A DNA stretch of 64,000 bases from Macrostomum lignano (lineage: Eukaryota): the NCBI GenBank assembly GCA_002269645.1, contig NIVC01000293.1, forward strand, positions 186,001 to 250,000. The letters run 5' to 3'. A program made the translations under genes and the position numbers. Position 1 is the first letter of the stretch; each line of letters starts with the position of its first letter. Under the pieces are notes generated by a model. That model saw only the letters and a list, made by a program, of their open reading frames with translations, made no database searches and was not told the origin of the DNA. Shown in pieces: positions 25,701 through 36,423 of this stretch.

Positions 25701-27218
25701 AATTTCCGGGCATTAATCAAATCATTTAATTGATTGGTTGGAACAGAGCAACTAAACAAACTGCTATTGTACCAGTATTCCATTCTTCATGCGGTACAAT
25801 GCAGAATTCCCTAAGCTAGTCTATTCTTCCTACTTTAGTAAAGATTATTAAAAGCTGCTCCAATTCATCTGACTTCCTCATAGAGACATTAATCTTGTAT
25901 TTGCATCATATATACCGGTAGATTTGTACTTTAGTGTACGGTAATATAGAGATATATATATATAATCGTTCAACCTTAGCAAAGGCCTTGATACATGAAT
26001 GATGTGTAACTTTTACATGTACGTTTAAATCGTGAAACTTTTTGTGCAAAACTTTGAGTTTAAATCTCACCAAATCTCTATTATTCTGCCTAAATCAACC
26101 TAAATCTAGATTCATCTACCTAAATCTAGATTCATCTACCTAAATCTAGATTCATCTACCTAAATCTAGATTCATCTACCTAAATCTAGATTCATCTATC
26201 TAAATCTCGATTCATCTACCTAAATCTGGATTCATCTACCTAAATCTAGATTCATCTACCTAAAGCTAGATTCATCTACCTAAATCTAGACCTATCTACC
26301 TGAATTTAGATTCATCTAACTAAATCTAGATTCATCTACCTAAATCTAGATTCATCTACCTAAATCTAGATTCATCTACCTAAATCTAGATTCATCTACC
26401 TAAATCTGGATTCATCTACCTAAATCTAGATTCATCTACCTAAATCTAGACCTATCTACCTGAATTTAGATTCATATAACTAAATCTAGATTCATCTACC
26501 TAAATCTAGATTCATCTACCTAAATCTAGACCTATCTACCTGAATCTAGATTCATCTAACTAAATCTAGATTCATCTACCTAAATCTAGACCCATTAACC
26601 TAAATCTAGACCCATCAACCTAAATCTAGACCCTTCAAACTAAATCTAGACCCATCAACCTAAATCTAGACCCATCAAACTAAATCTAGATTCATCTACC
26701 TAAATCTAGACCCATTAACCTAAATCTAGACCCATCAACCTAAATCTAGACCCTTCAAACTAAATCTAGACCCATCAAACTAAATCTAGACCCATCAAAC
26801 TAAATCTAGACCCATCAAACTAAATCTAGACCCATCAAACTAAATCTAGACCCATCAAACTAAATCTAGACCCATCAAACTAAATCTAGACCCATCAAAC
26901 TAAATCTAGACCCTTCAAACTAAATCTAGACCCATCAAACTAAATCTAGATATATCTACCTAAACCTTCGCAATAAACCACCACTCAAACCCCTAAAAGG
27001 TGGTCGGCAACACGACATCCGGTAGCTACAGTTTCAGCCGCGGTCACGGACTCGCCTTTGCATACGTGCCCGCCAGCCTGGGCGCCAGCACCCAGCTGGA
27101 GGTGGATCTTCTCGGTCGTCGCGTCCCGGCAGTGGTGCTGTCGAAACCACCGTTGCTGCCGGAGCAGGCGAGAAAGAAGACACCCGAAGTGGCATCCGTT
27201 GGTTCGGGTCAGCAATGA
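19749..27218 (+). CDS. DMGDH: Dimethylglycine dehydrogenase, mitochondrial. Exons 19749 (or ATG 19755)..20006, 21671..22686, 23370..23719, 24640..25421, 27000..27218
   Basis: FAD motif [10 protein letters not shown]; STWHA|[12 protein letters not shown] is DMGDH-type (covalent-FAD His) rather than SARDH-type; DGHIDPYS; [16 protein letters not shown]; GcvT-like [12 protein letters not shown] and SLRLEKG. All four introns are GT-AG with matching phases. Ser/Arg-rich N-terminus resembles a mitochondrial presequence. Confidence 0.96.
20149..21630. repeat. 24-bp minisatellite (CAGTTCAGTGCCATTCCTGTGTAA) in DMGDH intron 1
   Basis: Visible 24-bp period. Accounts for the SSVPFLCN / HRNGTELL ORFs. Confidence 0.98.
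22705..23215. repeat. Degenerate ~20-21-bp minisatellite (GGGCAACCGTGTCTTTGGAGT) in DMGDH intron 2
   Basis: Repeated CAACCGTGT core at about 20-bp spacing. Confidence 0.9.
23745..24120. repeat. 22-bp minisatellite (AATGTGTCACTCTGAATC[A/T]GCC) in DMGDH intron 3
   Basis: Visible tandem copies. Confidence 0.95.
24126..24479 (-). mobile_element. tRNA-derived SINE (full length, about 350 bp)
   Basis: Minus strand begins GGCCGGAGCCCAGTGGTCCAGC (A box) and has GGCTCGATTCC (B box). The body aligns along its length with the plus-strand copy at 62966..63327. Confidence 0.8.
26095..26965. repeat. 20-bp minisatellite (TAAATCTAGATTCATCTACC / TAAATCTAGACCCATCAAAC) in DMGDH intron 4
   Basis: Visible 20-bp period with two variant blocks. 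Confidence 0.96.
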
Positions 27219-28619
27219 TCTGGATCACGATAGTCAGTTGTGGTTCATGATGACGATTTGAAAATTGATTGTGTACAGATAGAGATAGATTCGTGATTAG
27301 ATTGGAATACAATCGTGATTATATTGGGATAATTTGGATTTATTGATTTATTTTGGGATAATCGTTATTAGATTTGGATATAATCGTGATTGGATTGGGA
27401 TATTATCGTGATTAGATTGAGATAGAATCGCGATTAGTTTCAGAAAGAACCGTCATTAGTTCGCTGTTATTAGGATTCATTGTAGATATTGACAGGGACA
27501 TGTTATAATGTCACTTCGTTAAGTACGACCTTTTTGATTGATTTATTTCCTGCATCCTTTAACAAATGTTTGTTTCCTAATTATAATGTAAATCTTCCAT
27601 CGGACTCAGTCCGGAAATTCTCGTCGCAAAATATGTTCGTTCAATAGTTTATCTATAAGATCTATAGATAAAAATAGATTAGTGGGTTAATTTATTTATT
27701 AGGGTAAAATTCTGTCATTAAATGCCCTTGACAGAAACTGGTGCAGATTTGATTTATTTTTTGTTTAATTTATTATACTTCTAAAATTGTTTATAGAATT
27801 TGAATATTGCTTAATCTTGTGTTAATTTTTCAGATCTCTCATTAATTTCGGTTGCTGCCACGTATGTGCGATAAATCATTGATTTAGTAAATTTTTATGC
27901 TGTCTTTATTAATTAATAAATTTATAGGTTTATAAATTTATAAATTTATAAGTTTATAAATTTATATCATTATGTTATAAGCAATCTTTTGTAAAATGAT
28001 CCTGATTAGTAATGCGCATTCTAATAAATTAAATTTACATACCAATAGCTACAGTTCTCGTCGTAAATACCTTTATTTTTTTAAATACATCCTTATTTAT
28101 TGCCTGTGTGTTTTCGTAAAACTGTGCTTTTTCCGGCTTGAGAATAATTTAGCACATTTTCTAATGTTAGTTAAAGGTTAGAAAAAATGAAATTTAAAAT
28201 AAGGATAAAGTTTTCAATGTGGACGAAACAAACAGGATTTTTTAAATTTCACTATATTTATTTTGCTATGGGGTGGCAGCCGTACAGTCTAAAATTCACT
28301 TTGCTTATACTAGACGTTTATAGACCTAGTAATGCTCGCTAAAACAATTTAATGTTGACTGGAGTAAATGAAAGCAATAATGAATAAGTTTTTTATAGCT
28401 AATGTCTAAGAAATGATGAAAAAATTAAAACTGTCAGAAACGTTTTAGCTTACTGCGTTTTAATTTGCAAAATTATTCTTGTAGAGTAGAATGACCTTTC
28501 TCGACACTTTTTATCATCGATTTACTAAGACTTCGTGTATGAATTTCGCAGCAGCCATAATTATCAATGAGGAAGATGACAATGAAACAAATAAAAAGCA
28601 AATTGTTGATTTATTTTTT

Positions 28620-31600
28620 CTATTTCTTCCTCATCTGCTGGCCCAGCTGCTTGACTCGATTGTCTTCTTCTTCGGTGGTCTCGTGCGCGTGCTGCACCAG
28701 CATCTCGCTGCCGCGGGTGACGCCCCAGTTGTCCGGCCTGCTCATGGCGGCCGAGTATGGCCGACCGCTGGCCGGGTTCAGGTTCTCCCAGTAGTCCCGG
28801 CCAGACCGGGCTCGAATCCACGGTTTAGTGCTCATCTTCATGCCGCCGCCCCAGGCGATGTGCTTCTCGGAGCCGGCTGGGAATCGGCCTCTCTCGGCGG
28901 CGAGCTCCTCAGCGATGGCGCGGATGTGATAGGCCTCGAAGCCGCAGCAGCCGCCAATGTAGCGGACGCCAAGGTCGTAGGCAGCCCTGCCAGATTTAAA
29001 ATATACAGATTTTACTACTTATTATACTACTGCTGATTCTAATATAGACTTGCGAAATCGCTTCTGTTGCACTGCATGCTGGTTAAAACAATTGACAATT
29101 TTAATTCAACAATTCGAAGCTTCAAAAAGTATGAATTAGACTAATGGTGAATTGATTAGACTAATGGTGAATTGATTCGACTAATGGTGAATTGATTAGA
29201 CTAATGGTGAATTGATTAGACTAATGGTGAATTGATTAGACTAATGGTGAATTGATTAGACTAATGGTGAATTGATTAGACTAATGGTGAATTGATTAGA
29301 CTAATGGTAAATTGATTAGACTAATGGTGAATTGATTAGACTAATGGTGAATTGATTAGACTATTGGGGCATGGATTAGACTTTTAAAGCATGGATTAGA
29401 CTAATAAGGCATGGATTAGACTAATAAGGCATGGATTAGACTTTTAAAGCATGGATTAGACTAATAAGGCATGGATTAGACTAATAAGGCATGGATTAGA
29501 CTAATAAGGCATGGATTAGACTAATAAGGCATGGATTAGACTAATAAGGCATGGATTAGACTAATAAGGCATGGATTAGACTAATAAGGCATGGATTAGA
29601 CTAATAAGGCATGGATTAGACTAATAAGGCATGGATTAGACTAATAAGGCATGGATTAGACTAATAAGGCATGGATTAGACTAATAAGGCATGGATTAGA
29701 CTAATAAGGCATGGATTAGACTAATAAGGCATGGATTAGACTAATAAGGCATGGATTAGACTAATAAGGCATGGATTAGACTAATAAGGCATGGATTAGA
29801 CTAATAAGGCATGGATTAGACTAATAAGGCATGGATTAGACTAATAAGGCATGGATTAGACTAATAAGGCATGGATTAGACTAATAAGGCATGGATTAGA
29901 CTAACAAGGCATGGATTAGACTAATAAGGCATGGATTAGACTAATAAAGCATGGATTAGACTAATAAAGCATGTATTAGACTAATAAAGCATGGATTAGA
30001 CTAATAAGGCATGGATTAGACTAATAAGGCATGAATTAGACTAATAAGGCATGGATTAGACTAATAAGGCATGGATTAGACCAAAGGACAATAAATGTAG
30101 ATTCAACCTGTCTCACCTAGCGAAGCGGTGCATGTCCCAGCGGGTGCACAATCGACTCTCCATGGCCAAAGGAAACTCGGGCAGGTCGATGCAGCCCTGC
30201 TTCTCAGCATCCGGAGTCATATAGGCCACGGGCTGGCACATCAGGTAGGCCTTGAGATTCTCGCGCTCCAAACCAGCCTTCATCAGCTTGATCGCTTCCA
30301 GGGTGACAAACGGATCGAAGTGGCAGTTGACGCCCACGAGTTTCGCACCAGCGCGAGCCATACGGACGGCGCAGTCGCCCGCGGAGTTGCCGTGCATGTC
30401 GCCTTGCGGTCCGATGCACATCGTGCAGGCCACGGGCAGCCCGGTCTCCAGCCCGACCTGCGGCGGGGGGGCGTTGTTGGTTGGCTAGATTAGCAATCCA
30501 TTATCACGTACTTTAATTTCCTGATTTGGCTAGATTAGCAATCCATCATCGTGTACTTTAATTTCCTGATTTGGCTAGATTAGCAATCCATCATCGTGTA
30601 CTTTAATTTCCTGATTTGGCTAGATTAGCAATCCATCATCGTGTACTTTAATTTCCTGATTTGCCTAGATTAGCAATCCATCGTGTACTTTTATTCCTTA
30701 TTTGGCTAAATTAGCTATATATCGTGTACTTTTATTTTCTGATTTGGCTAGATTAGCAATCCATCATCGTGTACTTTAATTTCCTGATTTGGCTAGATTA
30801 GCAATCCATCATCGTGTACTTTTATTCTCTGATTTGGCTAGATTAGCAATCCATCGTGTACTTTTATTTCTTATTTGGCTAAATTAGCTATATATCGTGT
30901 ACTTTTATTTCTTATTTGGCTAAATTAGCTATATATCGTGTACTTTTATTTTCTGATTTGGCTAGATTAGCAATCCAATACAGCCTGCAATTTTATTAAT
31001 AATTTGGATCAGTTTGTGGATAATTTGAAAATGCTAGTCCATGGTCGAAACCAATGCCAAAAATGAGGTCTGTTCGAACTGTTTCGATCATAGACTAACA
31101 TATTCTTCGCAATTTTTTTAACACCGAGTAGAGTATCTTACCTCAATGGCCCACTCTGCCTCCTCAACATGCTCAAAGTACTCGCACAGCACCAAGTCGG
31201 CTCCTTCGGCCTTGAAAGTCTGCATCTGGCCACGGAAGATGGCCTGGATTGAAGCTTTGTCACCGCCGCTCAGGTAGGTCGGAGTCTGGCACACTCCGCC
31301 TAGAAACAGGGCGTCACCTTCTTGAGCGACCTCACGAGCAATGCGACACGCGGCGGTGTTGATGGCGGTGCACTGAAATTCAAGGGGGGTTGACTATATA
31401 TTAGCAATCCATTCTATGGGTTTGATAGATTAGCAATCCATTCTATGGGTTTGATAGATTAGCAATCCATTCTATAGGTTTGGCTATAGATTAGCAATCC
31501 ATTCTATAGGTTTGCTAGATTAGCAATCCATTCTATAGGTTTGATAGATTAGCAATCCATTTTATAGGTTTGATAGATTAGCAATCCATTCTATAGGTTT

Positions 31601-32340
31601 GATAGATTAGCAATCCATTCTATAGGTTTGCTAGATTAGCAATCCATTCTATGGGTTTGATAGATTAGCAATCCATTCTATGGGTTTGATAGATTAGCAA
31701 TCCATTCTATGGGTTTGATAGATTAGCAATCCATTCTATAGGTTTGATAGATTAGCAATCCATTCTATAGGTTTGATAGATTAGCAATCCATTTGGGTCA
31801 CTTGGGTCACTTAATATAAGAAGGATCATACAGAATTTTCAGCGTTGTGAAATTTCGATCTTATGAATCCCCTCCCATCCATTTTATTAATATGAACGCC
31901 AGTTTGAGCTAAATTACTAACGATCTGAAAAAAGTTTTACAAACAGTTTAGTAGAAAGAGTCGAATCAAAAAGTGTGAGGCGAAATCAAAGAGCTGTTTT
32001 TGTATCTCTCCAGATGAAGCGTTAAAGCAGATTGCTCAAGCGTTCTCATGTGCTCAAACTCTAAGTCTCACCCCATACTTTTCCTGAGCCGTGTTGCCTC
32101 TATTGGAAAGCTTGTCCTCGCTGGCATAGTAAGTGAACGCCTGCATCACATCAGAGCCGGCTCTGAGAAACTCGCGATGAAGCTGCTTTACAGCTTCCGG
32201 GTATTCGACCACCGCTTCCGGTGTCCACGGCCCCGCCTTGACGTAGCCGCGCTTCTCCAGGGCGAACACGAAGCCGCCGTCTCCAATGACAACCTCGCCG
32301 TTGTCAAGCCGCTCCAGAATGCCGCCTCTTTTGTTTGACA

Positions 32341-32341
<1 letters not shown>
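28620..32341 (-). CDS. BHMT: Betaine-homocysteine S-methyltransferase, copy 2 (402 aa). Exons 32072..32341, 31142..31372, 30117..30457, 28620..28986
   Basis: Spliced ORF is uninterrupted with GT-AG introns of phase 0, 0 and 2. [28 protein letters not shown] and GGCCGF motifs are intact. Confidence 0.95.
29140..30082. repeat. 20-bp minisatellite, two sub-arrays (ATTGATTAGACTAATGGTGA then ATGGATTAGACTAATAAGGC), in BHMT2 intron 3
   Basis: Visible 20-bp period. Confidence 0.97.
30480..30975. repeat. ~45-bp minisatellite (TTGGCTAGATTAGCAATCCATCATCGTGTACTTTAATTTCCTGAT) in BHMT2 intron 2
   Basis: Visible tandem copies of 40-45 bp. Confidence 0.93.
31400..31793. repeat. 29-bp minisatellite (GATAGATTAGCAATCCATTCTATAGGTTT) in BHMT2 intron 1
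   Basis: Visible tandem copies sharing AGATTAGCAATCCAT with the intron 2 array. Confidence 0.95.
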
Positions 32342-32342
<1 letters not shown>

Positions 32343-32422
<80 letters not shown>

Positions 32423-32435
32423 GTCTGTCTGTCTG
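32343..32435. repeat. (TGTC)n microsatellite abutting the BHMT2 start codon
   Basis: Tetranucleotide run directly 5' of ATG 32341 on the minus strand. Confidence 0.97.
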
Positions 32436-32462
32436 CTGATTTTCTGCACTACCAGTCGCAGC

Positions 32463-32515
32463 TATATATACCCATAGCTACTCCGTCAAAATGAAAACCA
32501 GTTCCAGCTGGTTTT
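32463..32515 (-). promoter_or_regulatory. TATA-like box (TATATATA, 32463-32470) plus inverted AAAACCAG...CTGGTTTT Grainyhead-like sites upstream of BHMT2
   Basis: Same order of elements as upstream of the other two BHMT starts. Confidence 0.45.
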
Positions 32516-33127
32516 ACAATCAAACTTATCGATTCGAAACTTTTTCTTAAGTTGACCCAAGAAGTCTGAGCATTGGAAAAGATTCGAGATTTCTGAGAGC
32601 AGCTTATCGTGAAACCTAGTAAACATGGCTTCCTACCCTCGTCAAACCCGCAATTCAGGTTCCACATTTCTCTAGTCCAAGGAGTTCCGAAATTTTGCAT
32701 CGGAATCAAATTAACTTTTTCATAGAAAATAAAACAACTCTTTGTTTTAATAAGCTGTATTCAAACTCACTGTCTCTTTACATCGCGAGATTTTAAATTA
32801 ATCAATCGAATTTTCAAATCTATTTCTGTAGATTAACATTCCAGATCTGTTAGTTAACGCAGTCCTTGTTCAGCTTTAGTCTAGATTGTAAAACAATTTT
32901 GAGACTTGGTCATTATCTGCGAGTAAGCTGCTAGGGGGTAAACTAGGGGGGGGGGTACGTATTAAACACCTGAGGAATTCTCACGCAGTTCCTCAGCTCA
33001 CGCTTTCGATACGTTGCGCCACGAAACTCGCTTTGGCTCAGTTTGGGGCGTTCACAGACAATTTCTGTGTTTGTGTTATATGAATTGAGGGCAGATTTAA
33101 TGATACAGTAGTTTATAACACTGCTTT

Positions 33128-34828
33128 CTGGGTGCTGAGGTCACTGGGTGCTGAGGACACTGGGTGCTGAGGACACTGGGTGCTGAGGACACTGGGTGCT
33201 GAAGACACTGGGTGCTGAAGACACTGGGTGCTGAGGACACTGGGTGCTGAGGACACTGGGTGCTGAAGACACTGGGTGCTGAAGACACTGGGTGCTGAGG
33301 ACACTGGGTGCTGAGGACACTGGGTGCTGAGGACACTGGGTGCTGAGGACACTGGGTGCTGAGGACACTGGGTGCTGAGGACACTGGGTGCTGAAGACAC
33401 TGGGTGCTGAAGACACTGGGTGCTGAGGACACTGGGTGCTGAGGACACTGGGTGCTGAGGACACTGGGTGCTGAGGACACTGGGTGCTGAGGACACTGGG
33501 TGCTGAGGACACTGGGTGCTGAGGACACTGGGTGCTGAGGTCACTGGGTGCTGAGGACACTGGGTGCTGAGGACACTGGGTGCTGAAGTCACTGGGTGCT
33601 GAGGATACTGGGTGCTGAAGTCACTGGGTGCTGAGGACACTGGGTGCTGAAGTCACTGGGTGCTGAGGACACTGGGTGCTGAAGTCACTGGGTGCTGAGG
33701 ACACTGGGTGCTGAGGACACTGGGTGCTGAGGACACTGGGTGCTGAGGACACTGGGTGCTGAGGACACTGGGTGCTGAGGACACTGGGTGCTGAGGACAC
33801 TGGGTGCTGAGGACACTGGGTGCTGAGGACACTGGGTGCTGAGGACACTGGGTGCTGAGGACACTGGGTGCTGAGGACACTGGGTGCTGAGGACACTGGG
33901 TGCTGAGGACACTGGGTGCTGAGGACACTGGGTGCTGAAGTCACTGGGTGCTGAGGACACTGGGTGCTGAAGTCACTGGGTGCTGAGGACACTGGGTGCT
34001 GAAGTCACTGGGTGCTGAGGACACTGGGTGCTGAGGACACTGGGTGCTGAGGACACTGGGTGCTGAGGACACTGGGTGCTGAGGACACTGGGTGCTGAGG
34101 ACACTGGGTGCTGAGGACACTGGGTGCTGAGGACACTGGGTGCTGAGGACACTGGGTGCTGAGGACACTGGGTGCTGAGGACACTGGGTGCTGAGGACAC
34201 TGGGTGCTGAGGACACTGGGTGCTGAAGACACTGGGTGCTGAGGACACTGGGTGCTGAGGACACTGGGTGCTGAGGACACTGGGTGCTGAGGACACTGGG
34301 TGCTGAGGACACTGGGTGCTGAGGACACTGGGTGCTGAGGACACTGGGTGCTGAGGACACTGGGTGCTGAGGACACTGGGTGCTGAGGACACTGGGTGCT
34401 GAGGACACTGGGTGCTGAGGACACTGGGTGCTGAGGACACTGGGTGCTGAGGACACTGGGTGCTGAGGACACTGGGTGCTGAGGACACTGGGTGCTGAGG
34501 ACACTGGGTGCTGAGGTCACTGGCTGCTGAGGACACTGGGTGCTGAGGACACTGGGTGCTGAGGACACTGGGTGCTGAGGTCACTGGCTGCTGAGGTCAC
34601 TGGGTGCTGAGGTCACTGGGTGCTGAGGTCACTGGGTGCTGAGGACACTGGGTGCTGAGGACACTGGGTGCTGAGGACACTGGGTGCTGAGGACACTGGG
34701 TGCTGAGGACACTGGGTGCTGAGGTCACTGGGTGCTGAGGACACTGGGTGCTGAGGTCCCTGGGTGCTGAGGTCACTGGGTGCTGAGGACACTGGGTGCT
34801 GAGGACACTGGGTGCTGAGGTCACTGGT
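33128..34828. repeat. 16-bp minisatellite (GACACTGGGTGCTGAG)
   Basis: More than 100 visible copies. Accounts for the SSAPSVLSTQCPQHPV ORFs. Confidence 0.98.
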
Positions 34829-34930
34829 TGCTAAGGAGCTCCATTTTGAGGATATTCTGCAGCTGAAGGTTTAAGGAGAAAGACAGAAAACCAAAATAAT
34901 TTCAAAAGCCACTATCAGCCACAAACTCAC

Positions 34931-35200
34931 CCCGAATTTCTGCGATGCAGTGTTGCCCCGGTTGGAAAGCTTGTCCTCGCTGGCATAGTAAGTGAACGCC
35001 TGCATCACATCAGAGCCGGCTCTGAGAAACTCGCGATGAAGCTGCTTCACAGCTTCTGGGTACTCGACCACCGCTTCCGGTGTCCACGGCCCCGCCTTGA
35101 CGTAGCCGCGCTTCTCCAGGGCGAACACGAAGCCGCCGTCTCCAATGACAACGTCGCCATTGTCGAGCCGCTCCATAATGCCTCCTCGTTTGTTCGACAT
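34931..35200 (-). CDS. BHMT: Second intact BHMT first exon (90 codons): alternative first exon of BHMT2 or a truncated third copy
   Basis: [23 protein letters not shown]...ASQKFG followed by a GTGAGT donor, phase 0, same length as exon 32072..32341. No BHMT exon 2 lies between it and 32341. Confidence 0.85.
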
Positions 35201-35279
35201 GGTAAATGATGAGGCTGGTGCTGGGACTCTCTGGTGGATTCTGAACTTTTCGAGTGGCGCGGATTGTTTGAAATCGGGC

Positions 35280-35360
35280 TATTTATATCCACTTACAGCC
35301 GAGTTTTGCGCCTGTCTCTCTCTCTCACCCCTCGGTCTCGGAACCGGTTTAAACCGGTTC
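35280..35360 (-). promoter_or_regulatory. TATA box (TATAAATA, 35280-35287) and 20-bp palindrome GAACCGGTTTAAACCGGTTC (35341-35360)
   Basis: Seen directly, 80-160 bp upstream of ATG 35200. Confidence 0.6.
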
Positions 35361-35727
35361 TGTTTAACTATTTTATTGACCGATAAAGTCAAACGCTCCT
35401 GACCTAGATAGTGCCACGTACCACCGACTCAGTTGGCCATGGAGATCTGCAAGAATTGGCAATATATGAGACTGCAACACAGCATCGATTGGTTAAATAA
35501 AGCTTGATTTTCAGCAAACCAATTGCTAGACTCAGACCTCCATGATGACTCTCTCTGGAGACTTTGACATGCCGCTAGACTTGCTGCAATATTTATGTTG
35601 TCAATGGAAAATACCTGGCGAGGTAACTCGCCGCTAAAAATGTAACTCAGGAAATGGAAAATTCTAAAAATTGCAACCGTAAACATAAAGGTCAAATCTT
35701 AGATTCCGTTCTTTAATAAGAAATAAT

Positions 35728-35902
35728 TAGCACCAGGGGCTTTAGCACCAGAGACTTTAGCACTAGGGGCGCCAGCACCAGGGACTTTAGCACCAGGGAC
35801 TTTAGCACCAGGGGCTTTAGCACCAGGAGCGCCAGCACCAAGGACGCCAGCACCAGGGGCGCCAGCACCAGGGGCGCCAGCACCAGGGGCGCCAGCACCA
35901 GG
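35728..35902. repeat. 15-bp minisatellite, third copy of the AGCACCAGGGG family
   Basis: Contains all three unit variants seen at 150..3548. Confidence 0.93.
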
Positions 35903-36423
35903 GTTGCCATTGCTTAGTCCAGCCTATTATGGAAGTCCGCTGCCGGCACTGGAAAAAACAATGAAGAGGAGAGATGAGAGGGCAGAGGAACACGGCTGAG
36001 GGAACGGGAGTGAGGGCTGCAGGACCGAGAAAGATAAAAGAGGGAAAAAGTGCATGAAGAAAGAAAACTTTGCGATAAAAGCGATGCCGGCTGCACCAAT
36101 TTATAGGAAATCAGTTTGGTGAGAATTTCAGGCTATCAAGACAGTCAGCACACAGTATACTTCAAAAAGTACAACACTGGCATCAGAACGGTATAATGAA
36201 AATTTCATTTTTTAGTTCTAGTCTATCAGGTACTCAGCTGTTTTAGCACTCTGCCACAACTGCATTAAAGGGAATGGAATTTTAATGCATTACCTGTGAC
36301 CAAAGTCCAAATTTTTATGTGCTCCTGTGCATGTATGCTCGTATGATGATAACATCTCTCTCAAGCATCTTGACAAATGAGGGACTAGTAAAAGTATATG
36401 GCTTCCACTTCTGCTGGCCATTC

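Noticed and set aside
32342-32449. In-frame N-terminal QTDR extension of BHMT2, or use of the proximal exon as an internal exon
   Set aside because: The extension is just the (GACA)n microsatellite read from a GTG. The upstream sequence on the coding strand is purine-rich, without a polypyrimidine tract for an acceptor.
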